From contig CAVRAG010000008.1 of the NCBI GenBank assembly GCA_963718895.1, positions 832,001 to 896,000 on the forward strand: 64,000 nt of DNA, read 5' to 3'. This stretch comes from an uncultured Nitrososphaerota archaeon (GTDB lineage: Archaea; Thermoproteota; Nitrososphaeria; Nitrososphaerales; Gagatemarchaeaceae). This document shows positions 34,175 through 44,124 of this stretch, piece by piece. The notes below the pieces were generated by a model. It did no database searches, had not been told where the DNA came from, and saw only the letters and a program-made list of their open reading frames with translations. Positions within the stretch are counted from its first letter, which is position 1. Each line of letters starts with the position of its first letter. Position numbers and translations under genes: made by a program.

Positions 34175-35132
34175 TCAAGCCCTAGTAGGGTGGCCTTGTC
34201 CTGTCGCCAGTTTTAGACTAATCATCTGCTTGAGAATCTCGTCCACTGCAACGCAACAATCGTTCTCAGCCTTGATTGCGTGAACGTGTGAAAGTTCCTG
34301 GAGGGTGGAATTGAGAGCTTGGTCACTCGCCTCGGCATCGTCGTACGAGAATCTGTAACGGTCAAACAGACCTCTTCTCGAAATCGTTACCGGCTTTTCG
34401 GCATCCAGAGCGAACCAATAGTAGCTACTATCAAGGTGAATGGATTTCTCGAAAATATTGATGCGGAAATTGTCCCTGATTGTCGGATACCTATTCTTCA
34501 ATAGATGGGCAAATACTGCTCGGTCGAAGTCCATATCGTTCTTCAAGACCTTTTCCTCTAATGCAAGAAATGTGGGACCGTATGTCCATCCCTTTTCTTC
34601 GGGAAGATATCTTACAATCTCAAGCTCCGCTAGCAAAGTTAGATACTTGAACCAATTAGGGTCGCTGGCTTGAACTTCGGCCCTAGTAACGTAGTGGCTT
34701 CCCATGAACAGGATACCTCAAATTGTCGAGGATCATGACTACGGGAGAGAGGAATTGGTCTGCACCTCGCGTCATCGCAAGTTGGTCGGCGGATGCCTCC
34801 ACCATTATTCTTTCGGCTTGAATCTTCCATAAGTCTAGCCTATCCCAGACTTGTCTTCCGCACTCGCCTCTGGTCGTGGCTTGTATCACGTTCATGTCTG
34901 AGTCAAAGATGATTTGTCCAATGCCGTCCATCGGAATGTATCGTAGAATTGGTTCTTCCGCACTTTTCTCATCCTTAATCCATCGCGGATAGTCAGTCCG
35001 AAGTTCGGCAATCCATTTGCCAGATTCGGATTTGATTCTGCCGACACTTGTCAGGTTGCCATAGTGGCGAAATACGTAGTTCTCTATGATTTGCTTAGCA
35101 TCCATCTTTGGTCTCGCTCTCGAATTCATCAA
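34175..35132 (-). CDS. Hypothetical protein of about 310 aa, possible winged-helix segments (frameshift near 34700)
   Basis: ORFs 34683..35132 and 34175..34705 overlap and join. Low GC, overlaps the C39 gene. Confidence 0.7.
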
Positions 35133-35679
35133 TTCTGGTACTCCTTCCTATTTGAACTTTCAAGAGGTCGAATCCTCCATAGAGCCACTTTCGCTCGAAG
35201 TCGGCAAGACGCTCCGTTTTCTCCATTGGTGGTCCTGGGTCATTGTAAGTTATCCGACCCGCCTGAACGTCGATGTCAATCACCACGACCGCGTGTTGGT
35301 GGTGAGAAACCCCGTCGCCAACGTATTGCCAAGCGATGCATGGTAAGCCCTTTGAAATCTCTTCAGCTATTTCATTCACGGTACGAAATCTAAATCCGTC
35401 ATCAAATTCGACCGACGGGGAAGCAGCCGCTATGTGTCCATTTAACAGAGGAACGTCGCTCGCTAACGTGCCATCACTCTCCCTTACAATTTTCGCTATC
35501 TCACGAATTGTCAGGTCGGTAATTGGCGTCCGCAATCTGCCGCTCTGATTCAGATACTCAATCACCATCTTTACACAGGTTGGCACGCAAAAGAATTCTT
35601 CTTGTTGGGCTATCAAAGGAACATTGAGCTTTCGGCCAACACTCACGTCGAGCGCACCGAGTGTTGTCTTGAGTATCAC
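35095..35679 (-). CDS. Peptidase C39-like cysteine protease
   Basis: LNVPLIAQQEEFFCVPTCVKMV (Q, C), HAVVV (H), YNDP (D). Confidence 0.85.
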   Translation of the reverse strand: MILKTTLGALDVSVGRKLNVPLIAQQEEFFCVPTCVKMVIEYLNQSGRLRTPITDLTIREIAKIVRESDGTLASDVPLLNGHIAAASPSVEFDDGFRFRTVNEIAEEISKGLPCIAWQYVGDGVSHHQHAVVVIDIDVQAGRITYNDPGPPMEKTERLADFERKWLYGGFDLLKVQIGRSTRIDEFESETKDGC

Positions 35680-35841
35680 GCTTATATCACTTCTACGATG
35701 TCTCCTTATCCATCTGGATTCGCGATTTCAATCATAGCCGTGGAGCACCGGTAAAGTGGAGGCAGGATTACAACCTCCTGATGCGCAGCTCAGAATGGGA
35801 TGAATAGAAATGAAGACCGAGAGCTCCGTGGCTCTCGATGC

Positions 35842-35887
35842 TTAGGTGCCGGTGATTGGCTGGATGTGGATCTCTTCGCCGTTCTCG
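35842..35887 (-). repeat. Repeat family B copy (right flank of the C39 cassette)
   Basis: Encodes ENGEEIHIQPITGT*. Confidence 0.9.
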
Positions 35888-36156
35888 ACCAAGGCGCATC
35901 TCCAGGAGAAGAGACTTTCAAAGCGGCGTTGATGAGTAGAACAAACCTAGGGAAGAGTGCATCAGCTCCGAGGCGAAGCATGTGCACATAGACTGGTGAG
36001 ACAGGTCACAGAGTCGCGGGCGACGCGAGGGTGCCATCAAACCTGTTGTGGTTTGACTGCTGTGGTCGTGCTGCCGCCGAGCCAACGCTACCGGGGTTGC
36101 GTTTGCGCATGACTACACATGCCTACACATGCCACATAACCTCCTAATGAGCGGGA

Positions 36157-37658
36157 ATGGGTGCCCAAGGTCAGGCAAAAGAGATGCGCACCTTGAGGGG
36201 GAGGCGTGAGTTCCTCTGGACTGCTGCGGTTGTCTCGCTACTGGTCTTGGGGCCCATATCCGTCTTGGGGACCGTCCCTGCCGCCCACGCCGCGGACCCC
36301 ACCACGATTTCGATCACCACCTCGAACGGCGCGACGGTGTGCCCTGGCTCCCTCCACGGGGCCTGGACTACGGGCTCCATTGGGTCGATAGTAACCGACA
36401 CCTGTTCGATTACCGCTGTCGATGAGGCGATAAAGTTGTCCGGGGAAGGTTGGGCTGCATTTGGTGAATTCCTAGACGTTTTCTTTGACCTGGCTATCCC
36501 CGACCCAGGCTGCGCGCTTTACATCCCCCAAGGGACGACCCTGAACGTAGGCACGGGCGTCACCATCTCCGTCACGAGCGAGGCGACTTATTCTGACGCA
36601 AGAAGAGTACGCCATCATCAACGCCGGCACCATCAACAACAACGGGTCCATAATCGGCGTATCCAGTGGAAATGGCGCAGCTACTCAACTCCGGCACCAT
36701 CAACAACAACTACTACCTACAAGCCGGCGCCACCAACACCAACATTGGCATCTTCAACTCCGGAGTCATCAACAACGACCGGGTACTTGCAGGGATACAG
36801 CGACCTCTACGGCATCATCAACCTCGGCACCATCAACAACGAACTATTCGGCTTCATGGAAGGCGACGGCGGCTCAATATTCTTGGGAATACTGCGACCA
36901 GCGGTCAGGGCATATTCAACGATGAGGGTACCATTAACAACGTCGGGGTCGTGTGAACGGTGACCAGCTCATGGGGTGAAATAGGTGATATGACGTCGGG
37001 TACTATCTGCCCCCTCCCCTACGGCATCTACAACGTGGCCGGCGCCATCAACGACTACTGCGGCACTCCACTGACGGATTCTTCATACGGTGGCACCGCC
37101 CCCAACCCCATCTCCTGCGCAACGGTCGTATTCTACGTGGAAGGTGAAGGCGTCACTGGAGCGATCGTGGGTGGGGAAAGCGTGCCAGGAGAGGATGTGT
37201 ATATCGCCATGTCCTGGGGGCCCTTCGTCCTTCCGTGGACGGATGGTGAATGGCAAGAGGAGAGTTTTTCGCCCGCGAACAGCAACACGATTACCACCTT
37301 GGTGGTGTTCTACGAGCTCATTCCCGCCACGGAGTCGTTCACCTACTCCTTCCCTTCCCACCTCATCTGCACGACACACCCATGGCCTGCAATCGGTAAT
37401 GTGGTGCCAACTTCTAACTGTGCTGCGATGGGGCAACCACTATACACCTGCCTGTCCGGCTGCTCGGGCACGGTCACGCTGGCCGAAGGAGAACATGGGC
37501 CTTTCGTGGTGACGTACTCGCCTCTCGTCCCCCCGACCATTCCGCCCACTGGCGTCCCACAGTTCCCCCTTGGCTTTGCTATTCTATTCGCACTCGCGGT
37601 CCCTTCACTGCTCTTGCTGAGGAAGAGGGCGCTGTCACCGAGAAGTCTCGGTATCTGA
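36157..37658 (+). CDS. Secreted NxGTI-repeat protein with PEF-CTERM-like signal (several frameshifts)
   Basis: Signal peptide ending AHA, INNxG repeats, C-terminus GVPQFPLGFAILFALAVPSLLLLRKR. Related to 15216..15932. Confidence 0.75.
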
Positions 37659-37971
37659 TTCCAAGGTTGTCGTTGATTTAGGCGTCGAAGTAGTTTCAGT
37701 GGTTGCATTTCTAGAAGTATAGCTGTCGAAGCTCACCGGCCCGATCACCTATAGCTGACGAGTGCCGCGGTTCTAGGGCCATTAAGGATACGATCCGAGA
37801 AGTTTCGATGGAGGAAGGGATTCGAACCCTCGGCGAGAGGTCGAAGAGCCAGCATAACCGGTACAGTCAGGGGAGAAGACAGGGCTCGATGGCCCACATT
37901 GACTACAGCGAGAAAAATGGTTAACTGGACAGTTGGGAGTTTGAGTCAGTAGAATCAAGCTCATCTTCTGC

Positions 37972-38613
37972 TCATGCAGGCACTTCAATGCGACTGGACC
38001 GGTGAGCCTCCAATTCGAATCGGCGGTGGACTTTCCTTCTGTGCGCTCTTTCCAGCCGCGCCTTTACGAGCTTCCTGAGGCGCTTATACTGGTTCCTGAC
38101 CGTCACATCTTTCACCCCAGCCGCTTCCGCCGCGTCGAACTGGGTCAGCGCCTCGCCGTTCAGCAGCGACGCCAGATAGAGGGCTGCGGCCGCCAGTCCG
38201 GTCGGGTAGACGCCGTCTGTGATCCCCGCCTTCTCCGCCTTCGACAGTATCTCGAGGGCGTCAGCCTCCACCTTCGGGTGAACTTTCGCTCTGGAGGCGA
38301 CCATCGCCAGGCATTCCGCCGGGTCGGCGACGGGGATTTTCAGGTCGAGCTCCTCGACCAGCAGCCTGTACCGCCGGGCTACCGCTTTCCTCTCCACGCC
38401 GCTGGCTGCTGACACGTCTGCCAGCGTCGCCGGGACCTCACTCTCCCTGCAGGCGGCATACAGGGACGCGGCCGCAATCTGGGAGAGCGGCCTACCCCTG
38501 GCGAGACCTCTCTCCAGGCTCTTCTTGAAGATGCGAGCAGCCTCGTCCGTGACCGCTACTGGGATTGAGAGTTTCTCGGAGAACTCGATTAGTTCTTCGA
38601 GAACAATCCCTAC
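37972..38613 (-). CDS. tfb: TFB core-domain paralog; GTA where copy 2 has a GTG start
   Basis: 214-codon open frame VGIVLEELIEFSEKLSIP...SLYAACRE...VKDVTVRNQYKRL...RIEVPA*. Confidence 0.75.
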   Translation of the reverse strand, partial: VGIVLEELIEFSEKLSIPVAVTDEAARIFKKSLERGLARGRPLSQIAAASLYAACRESEVPATLADVSAASGVERKAVARRYRLLVEELDLKIPVADPAECLAMVASRAKVHPKVEADALEILSKAEKAGITDGVYPTGLAAAALYLASLLNGEALTQFDAAEAAGVKDVTVRNQYKRLRKLVKARLERAHRRKVHRRFELEAHRSSRIEVPA

Positions 38614-38614
38614 C

Positions 38615-39906
38615 TCAGCCCTGTCGGGTTGAGGGTCGCTTAACGACGTAGCCTATCACCAGCCCAGAGAATCAGGAGGACAGCCATCGCTCCGTATGCC
38701 CAGGCCGGGCACGGTAGACGTCGTGGTAGTAGTGGTGCTGGTGGTGGTCAGGGTTGAGGTCACGGTGCTCCCAGGCAGGGTGCTGGTCACAGTCGAGGTC
38801 GTGGTGATTGTGCTCCGAGGTCAGGGTATTGGTCACAGTCGACGTCGTAGTGATTGTGCTCCCGGGCAAGGTTACAGTGGTTGTAGCGGTGGACGCCGTA
38901 GAGGTGACAGAGCTGGTAGAGATAGTGTCGGAGATGACGGAGACTGTGTTGGAGCCTTGATTGGTCACGAAGACCTCGCCCTTGGCGGAGTCGTAGGCGA
39001 GGCCGATGGGAGCACGTCCCACGGTCACGTTAGCGATCACCGTGTTGGAGGCGTCTGAGATGACAGAGACTGTGTTGGACGCGTAATTGCCGACGAAGAC
39101 CTCTCCCTTGCCGGAGTCGTAGGCGAGGCCGACGGGAGCAGTTCCCACGGTCACGTTGGCGACCACTGAGTTGGAGGCGTCGGAGATGATAGAGACGGAG
39201 TTGGAGCCTTGATTGGTCACGAAGACCTCGCCCTTGGCGGAGTCGTAGGCTAGACCCTGCGAGACCACTTCCAACGGCCACGGTGGCGACTACCGAGTTG
39301 GAGGCGTCGGAGATGACAGAGACGAAGCCGCCTGCGCTTACCGCGAAGACCTCGCCCTTGCCGGAGTCGTAGGCGAGGGCACTAGGACTGCCCTTCACGG
39401 TCACGTTGGCGATCGCTGTTGCTGGTGTCTGAGATGACAGCGACACCGGAGGCGGCATTGGCGACGAAGACCTCTCCCTTGGCGGAGTCGTAGGCGAGGC
39501 CCTGGGGAGCAGTTCCCACGGTCACGTTGGCGACTACCGAGTTGGAGGCGTCGGAGATGACAGAGACGGTGTTGCCCGCGTAATTGGCGACGAAGACCTC
39601 TCCCTTTGCGGAGTCGTAGGCGAGGCCCAAAGGACCGGCGAAATGAGTCACGGTTGCGACCATGGAGCCTGAGGCGTCGGAGATGACGGAGACTGAGTTG
39701 GAGCCAGGATTGCTCACGAAGACCTCTCCCTTGGCGGAGTCGTAGGCGAGGCCCTGGGGAGCAGTCCCCACGGCTACGCTCACGGTCAAAGCCGCTCCTG
39801 GATGAGCCAGAAGAATCAGGGGGCCGAGCAGGACCAGGAGCAGGAGCGCTGACTTTGCCCCGCGCTGAAGCGATGTAGTACGGCTACTGATAAGCTCCGC
39901 GTCCAA
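38615..39906 (-). CDS. YVTN/YncE-like beta-propeller surface protein with Thr stalk and TM anchor (frameshifted)
   Basis: About 7 repeats of roughly 42 aa, LAYDSAKGEVFVxN...VSVISD. Signal peptide present. Confidence 0.85.
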
Positions 39907-39959
39907 GGTTGATCAGCGACCCCCTGTGCTCACGCCGGCAATCCCCAGGTACTGTCCTG

Positions 39960-41750
39960 TCACCAGCTCTGTGCCAAGGAGGCGTTCTCGCCGGCAACAC
40001 GACCCATTACTACTCCCTTGGCCATGCCGATTGTGTCTAGCCCAGCCGCAGCCTCTCCAGCTGCATACAGGTTCGGGATTGTGTTACCGTTTATGTCCAG
40101 CACTTGAGAGTCTCCGTTTACTGGGACGCCGCCGCAGGTGTCGTGGAGAACGACGTTCGTCCAGATGGCGTAGTATGGTGGGGTGCTTATCTGGTGGATC
40201 AATAGGGTTGCAGGCTTGCCATAGTCCGGGTCCGCGGGAGGAGAGGCGGCGACGTACGAGTTGTACTTGCTGATTGTTGCGGTCAGGCTACCCGGAGGCA
40301 CATTTATCGCCGTCTCAAGCGCGCCTAGCGTCGAGGCACTGGCGACAAGGTTAGGGTCTACCACTGCGGGAGGTCCGGCCCAGGTCGCGGGATTGATGAG
40401 CTCCCTTGACAAGCCTGCGGAATCCATTATGGTCCAGCACCCGAGAGTTCCGTACGGGCCGGTCGTGTTCTGGTCTATGGTGTAGTCGTAGAACGAATAA
40501 GGCGGATCCCCAAAGAACCACCCCGAGGTCTCTGGAGTGTTCTCGTCCATGTACCTGTTCCCAAGGCTATTCACGAAGATGTAGTCTGCCGCGCTTGATG
40601 GACTGAGGCCCGGCACTGTGTAGGCTGAACCTAGCGGGAACGAGTGATACAGAGTTCCCCACTGCCTGTGCCAAGCGTGGATGTCCATGTTCCTGTCGGG
40701 TTCTAGTGCCGCGCCTGCATTTATCGCCGCCAACAAACCGGTGCCATCGTCGTAACAGAATGGGGTCCCAGAGTAGGTTATGTTCGGTCCAATTCTTGGA
40801 TCAAATAGTGAGCGCAACCATGGGTTCCCCTTCCAACCCCCGGTTCCGACTATCACAGCCCTGTTCGCTCTGAAATACACCGTCCCCGTGGCCGTCTCTG
40901 CTGCGATTCCCAAGACTCTGCCGGTGAGTGGCTGTTCCCTGATTATCTGGGTCATCTTTGTGTTCAGTTCGATGTCGACGTTGCTCAACTTCTTCAGGGC
41001 GGCTATCAAGGGGTTGCACCACCCCGCGCCACCGGCTGCGGATTGAGGATGAGTGGCACCCAGCCCGCTGGGGTCCACCACGTCAGTGACGGTATCGCTG
41101 TACCACCTTGATCCCCAGAATACGGCCGAGCCGGAGGCTGTGGTGACACCACTGAACTTCGCACCATGTGCTACCAACCAGTTCCAAGTGTCCAGGCTGC
41201 GGTCAGCAAAGGTCCGAGCTACCTCGTGCTTACTCTTCTGTCCCGGTGAGGAATACACGGCTGGGTTTCCGAGCGTCTTGGTCTCAACGTTTGTGTAGTT
41301 AGGCACGTGCGCAGTAAGGTCCGAGTATAGCGTCGCTGCCGACTCGTAATGTCCTGCTTTGATCTGCACAGCGTTGCCTCCTCCAACTCCCAGGAGACCT
41401 CCTGAAATCGTGGCACATCCTCCGAGAACGCTGTTCGATTCGACCAACATTACGGTGGCTCCTGCTTCAGCAGCTGCGAGAGCGGCAGGAAGCCCAGCAG
41501 CCCCAGATCCACAAACGATCACATCTGCAGCTTTGTTCCACGATGACGGGACCACAGCAGGTTGTGCCCTAACAGGCGTTGTCGCTTGCCCGGTCGCTGC
41601 TCGCCCTATTTCGGCGAGCTTCGACGCTGCGGGCGAGCTGAATCGCGGCGCAAGAATCGCCCCCGCGCTGAGTGCCGCGGCTCCTCCAGCCGCGGCTCCT
41701 ACGAACTGCCGTCTGGACAGTTTCTTATCCGTGATTTTTTCTTCTGTCAA
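39960..41750 (-). CDS. Tat-exported FAD-binding protein D
   Basis: LSRRQFV, DVIVCGSGAAG, DDGTG, HDTCGG, IPNLYAAGE. TTG start at 41750. Confidence 0.92.
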   Translation of the reverse strand: MTEEKITDKKLSRRQFVGAAAGGAAALSAGAILAPRFSSPAASKLAEIGRAATGQATTPVRAQPAVVPSSWNKAADVIVCGSGAAGLPAALAAAEAGATVMLVESNSVLGGCATISGGLLGVGGGNAVQIKAGHYESAATLYSDLTAHVPNYTNVETKTLGNPAVYSSPGQKSKHEVARTFADRSLDTWNWLVAHGAKFSGVTTASGSAVFWGSRWYSDTVTDVVDPSGLGATHPQSAAGGAGWCNPLIAALKKLSNVDIELNTKMTQIIREQPLTGRVLGIAAETATGTVYFRANRAVIVGTGGWKGNPWLRSLFDPRIGPNITYSGTPFCYDDGTGLLAAINAGAALEPDRNMDIHAWHRQWGTLYHSFPLGSAYTVPGLSPSSAADYIFVNSLGNRYMDENTPETSGWFFGDPPYSFYDYTIDQNTTGPYGTLGCWTIMDSAGLSRELINPATWAGPPAVVDPNLVASASTLGALETAINVPPGSLTATISKYNSYVAASPPADPDYGKPATLLIHQISTPPYYAIWTNVVLHDTCGGVPVNGDSQVLDINGNTIPNLYAAGEAAAGLDTIGMAKGVVMGRVAGENASLAQSW

Positions 41751-41784
41751 TTGTGATCCCTGGTTGTGAAAATGCGACGGCGAG

Positions 41785-41815
41785 TATATGGGCAGGACGA
41801 GGCGTTTGTAGGCAA
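41785..41815 (-). promoter_or_regulatory. Shared promoter motif of flavoprotein genes (D)
   Basis: Coding strand TTGCCTACAAACGCCTCGTCCTGCCCATATA, 35 nt upstream of the start. Confidence 0.55.
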
Positions 41816-41864
41816 AGGTAGGCATGCGTAAATACAACCCTTGTAGCTCGGAATTGCGGTTGAC

Positions 41865-42413
41865 ATGACCGCTCTTGAGGTCGAGGGGTCGATGAGAAGG
41901 AGCGTCTCGGTGCACTTCAGAATCTCGACGAATATGTACGATTCGCTCGAAGAGGAGGCCAAGAATAAAAACGTCAGTCTGAATACGCTGTTGAATCAGG
42001 TAATCTCCCGCCACACACTCGATGACTTGCTGTTCGAAGAAGAGGGATTTGTGAAGATGACCAAGAATACGCTCCGCGCGGCCTTGAGCCTGATACCGGA
42101 TGACAAACTCAGCGAATTCGGCAGGTTGGCGGCAAAGAATGGCGCGGACGCAAGGATGTTGGCGAGGAGCGACTGCATCACCGTTGACACCGTTCTGGAT
42201 GAACTTCGCCTTTTTTCGAGATCCGGATGGTACTCGTTAAATGAAGCGAAAAGGAACGGGAGGGAGATGATCTCCTTGATACACGATCTCGGACCAACAA
42301 CTGGGCCAAGGCAATCCACGGTCCTTAGTGCTTATGCTACGGGTCTGTTCGCGCTGGTTGGCGTCCGTCCCAAGATTACGACCACAAGTTCCTCGGTCAT
42401 GATCGAGTACTAG
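41865..42413 (+). CDS. Ribbon-helix-helix DNA-binding protein with C-terminal ligand-binding-like domain
   Basis: SVHFRISTNMYDSLEEEAKNKNVSLNTLLNQVI. Divergent from flavoprotein D. Confidence 0.75.
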   Translation: MTALEVEGSMRRSVSVHFRISTNMYDSLEEEAKNKNVSLNTLLNQVISRHTLDDLLFEEEGFVKMTKNTLRAALSLIPDDKLSEFGRLAAKNGADARMLARSDCITVDTVLDELRLFSRSGWYSLNEAKRNGREMISLIHDLGPTTGPRQSTVLSAYATGLFALVGVRPKITTTSSSVMIEY

Positions 42414-42529
42414 TCCGTTGTCACTGACTCAACGTCAAGGCGACTTGGGGAGTTCGCAGTCGCCTGAAAAGAAACGAAATCGCCTCAAGATCGCGAGGAT
42501 CTCGGAGTACAGCGTAGAGCTTCCAGTGT

Positions 42530-42593
42530 CTATTCGGAGATTTTCAACTTGGCCGCAGGGACAGGCTCAGGCGTCGAGACGCGCACCATAGCC
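42530..42593 (-). repeat. HerA-like ATPase 3'-end fragment (family A, copy 4)
   Basis: Encodes AMVRVSTPEPVPAAKLKISE*. Confidence 0.9.
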
Positions 42594-42660
42594 CTCAGAG
42601 CGCCCAGGGAAGACGACGTGACAATCTCATGACTGTTACGTCCGTCGGTGGTCAAACCCC

Positions 42661-42828
42661 ATGATACACGAAGGCTATTGCCACATGTGCATACATCTCA
42701 CATCGCCGGAGCGGAGCAGGCCGGTGTGTTCGAAGCATGACTTTCCCGTCACGCTCTACCAGACGTGCGATAGCTTTGAGGATCTCATGAAGACGCACAT
42801 GAAGGACAGCTCCAAGCATCGCGAGTAG
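42661..42828 (+). CDS. Putative 55-aa Cys/His-rich microprotein
   Basis: MIHEGYCHMCIHLTSPERSRPVCSKHDFPVTLYQTCDSFEDL..., below the ORF-track cutoff. Confidence 0.45.
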   Translation: MIHEGYCHMCIHLTSPERSRPVCSKHDFPVTLYQTCDSFEDLMKTHMKDSSKHRE

Positions 42829-43076
42829 CCGCTTCAGCCTAAGGATAGACGCCAAAGCGCGGGGTTCGAGCCGGGCAAACCGCCGCCCGCGCCTTAGACC
42901 TACTTTCCACCCATCAAGGTACGCTCCGACGATGCCGCTGACCCTCTCGGGCCAGCTCCTCCCCTGCAATACAACTGAGGGGTGCCCGGTGACTTGAATG
43001 TGCTGGGCCAGGGCACCGGATTGCGGACGCGCTCTTTTATTAGGAGAACCCGGGGGCCCTGCTGACGGGGAACAGG

Positions 43077-43703
43077 TTGGCAAACCTGAGCACGGCCAAG
43101 ACCCTCGGCGAGATTGGCTCGATCCTCGAGCTGATACCCTTCGTCAACATAGTCGGCTACATACTCACGCTGATAGCGGTGAAGTACATCTCCGACGACC
43201 TTCAGGACAGGTCGATCTTCAACGACATGCTCTACGCCGTGATCACCGGGATTGTTGGAGTCCTGGTCGGCTTCTTCATCCTGCTCGGGGGGATATTTGC
43301 CTCGGCGTTCACGGGAGGGATGAGCGCAGTCGGCGGAGTGATCGCCTTCCTCGCCGCACCCTGGATCGTTCTGATAGTCTCGGCGATATTCGTCCGCCGG
43401 GCGTTCGAGACGATGGCTACGAAGCTCAACGTCGGCTCCTTCCGGACCGCCGGGACCCTGTACCTCATCGGAGCAGCGCTGACCATAGTCTTCGGGGTCG
43501 GGTTCATCATCTTGTTCATCGCGTACATCTTCCAGATAGTCTCGTTCTTCGGGATCAAGGATACGGCCAGCTCACCCCCGGCCTATGCGGGTGTACCCCC
43601 AACGGCCCAGCCACAGGGCGCTGTGAGATTCTGCCAGAACTGCGGCGCGCAGATGCCCGCCGACAGCAACTTCTGCCGCATCTGTGGCGCAAGGCAATCG
43701 TGA
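43077..43703 (+). CDS. DUF996 family membrane protein with C-terminal zinc ribbon
   Basis: AKTLGEIGSIL, FRTAGTLYLIGA, FCQNCG...FCRICG. Confidence 0.88.
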   Translation: MANLSTAKTLGEIGSILELIPFVNIVGYILTLIAVKYISDDLQDRSIFNDMLYAVITGIVGVLVGFFILLGGIFASAFTGGMSAVGGVIAFLAAPWIVLIVSAIFVRRAFETMATKLNVGSFRTAGTLYLIGAALTIVFGVGFIILFIAYIFQIVSFFGIKDTASSPPAYAGVPPTAQPQGAVRFCQNCGAQMPADSNFCRICGARQS

Positions 43704-43863
43704 CCCGGCTGGCAGGGTCTGATGATTTCATCGCCCTTTGAAGGTTGTCCGGTACATGCTGAAGGATCGCGCCCGAACCTGTCGCTCTTGCCCGAGACCA
43801 GCGGGGAAGCACGTCGAGGGCGGTTGTCCAGGCTGCGATTCATCCTGGAGGTTCTCGGGGCGC

Positions 43864-44107
43864 CTACTGGGAGATCTTCACCTTGGTCGCGGGGACCGGC
43901 TCGGGCGTCGAGACGCGCACCATGGCCTCGCCGATCTTCAGGACCATGAAGTCGGAGATGTACCTGTCCTCCTCGTACTTGTTGACCATGAATCTGAGCA
44001 TCAGGTCGATGTCCGGGCCGTCGTTCAGCAGGTGGCAGACCTTGATGGAGATGTTCTTGAGGAGCCATCGTAAGAGCTTGGAAGGGCTGGTCGCCGCCAC
44101 GAGGCCC
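43864..44107 (-). repeat. HerA-like ATPase 3'-end fragment (family A, copy 5, longest)
   Basis: About 80 codons: ATSPSKLLRWLLKNISIKVCHLLNDGPDIDLMLRFMVNKYEEDR...TKVKISQ*. Confidence 0.95.
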
Positions 44108-44124
44108 CAACGAGACGCCGACTC

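Noticed and set aside
37806-37835. tRNA-like T-arm (GAGGGTTCGAATCCCTT on the minus strand)
   Set aside because: No matching acceptor 5' strand or convincing D and anticodon arms. At most a degenerate fragment; tRNAscan-SE would settle it.
38930-39790. Regular repeats GAAGACCTC(T/G)CCCTTG(G/C)CGGAGTCGTAGGC resembling a CRISPR array
   Set aside because: The period is about 126 bp, the intervening sequences are mutually homologous, and they encode beta-propeller blades. No cas genes are present.
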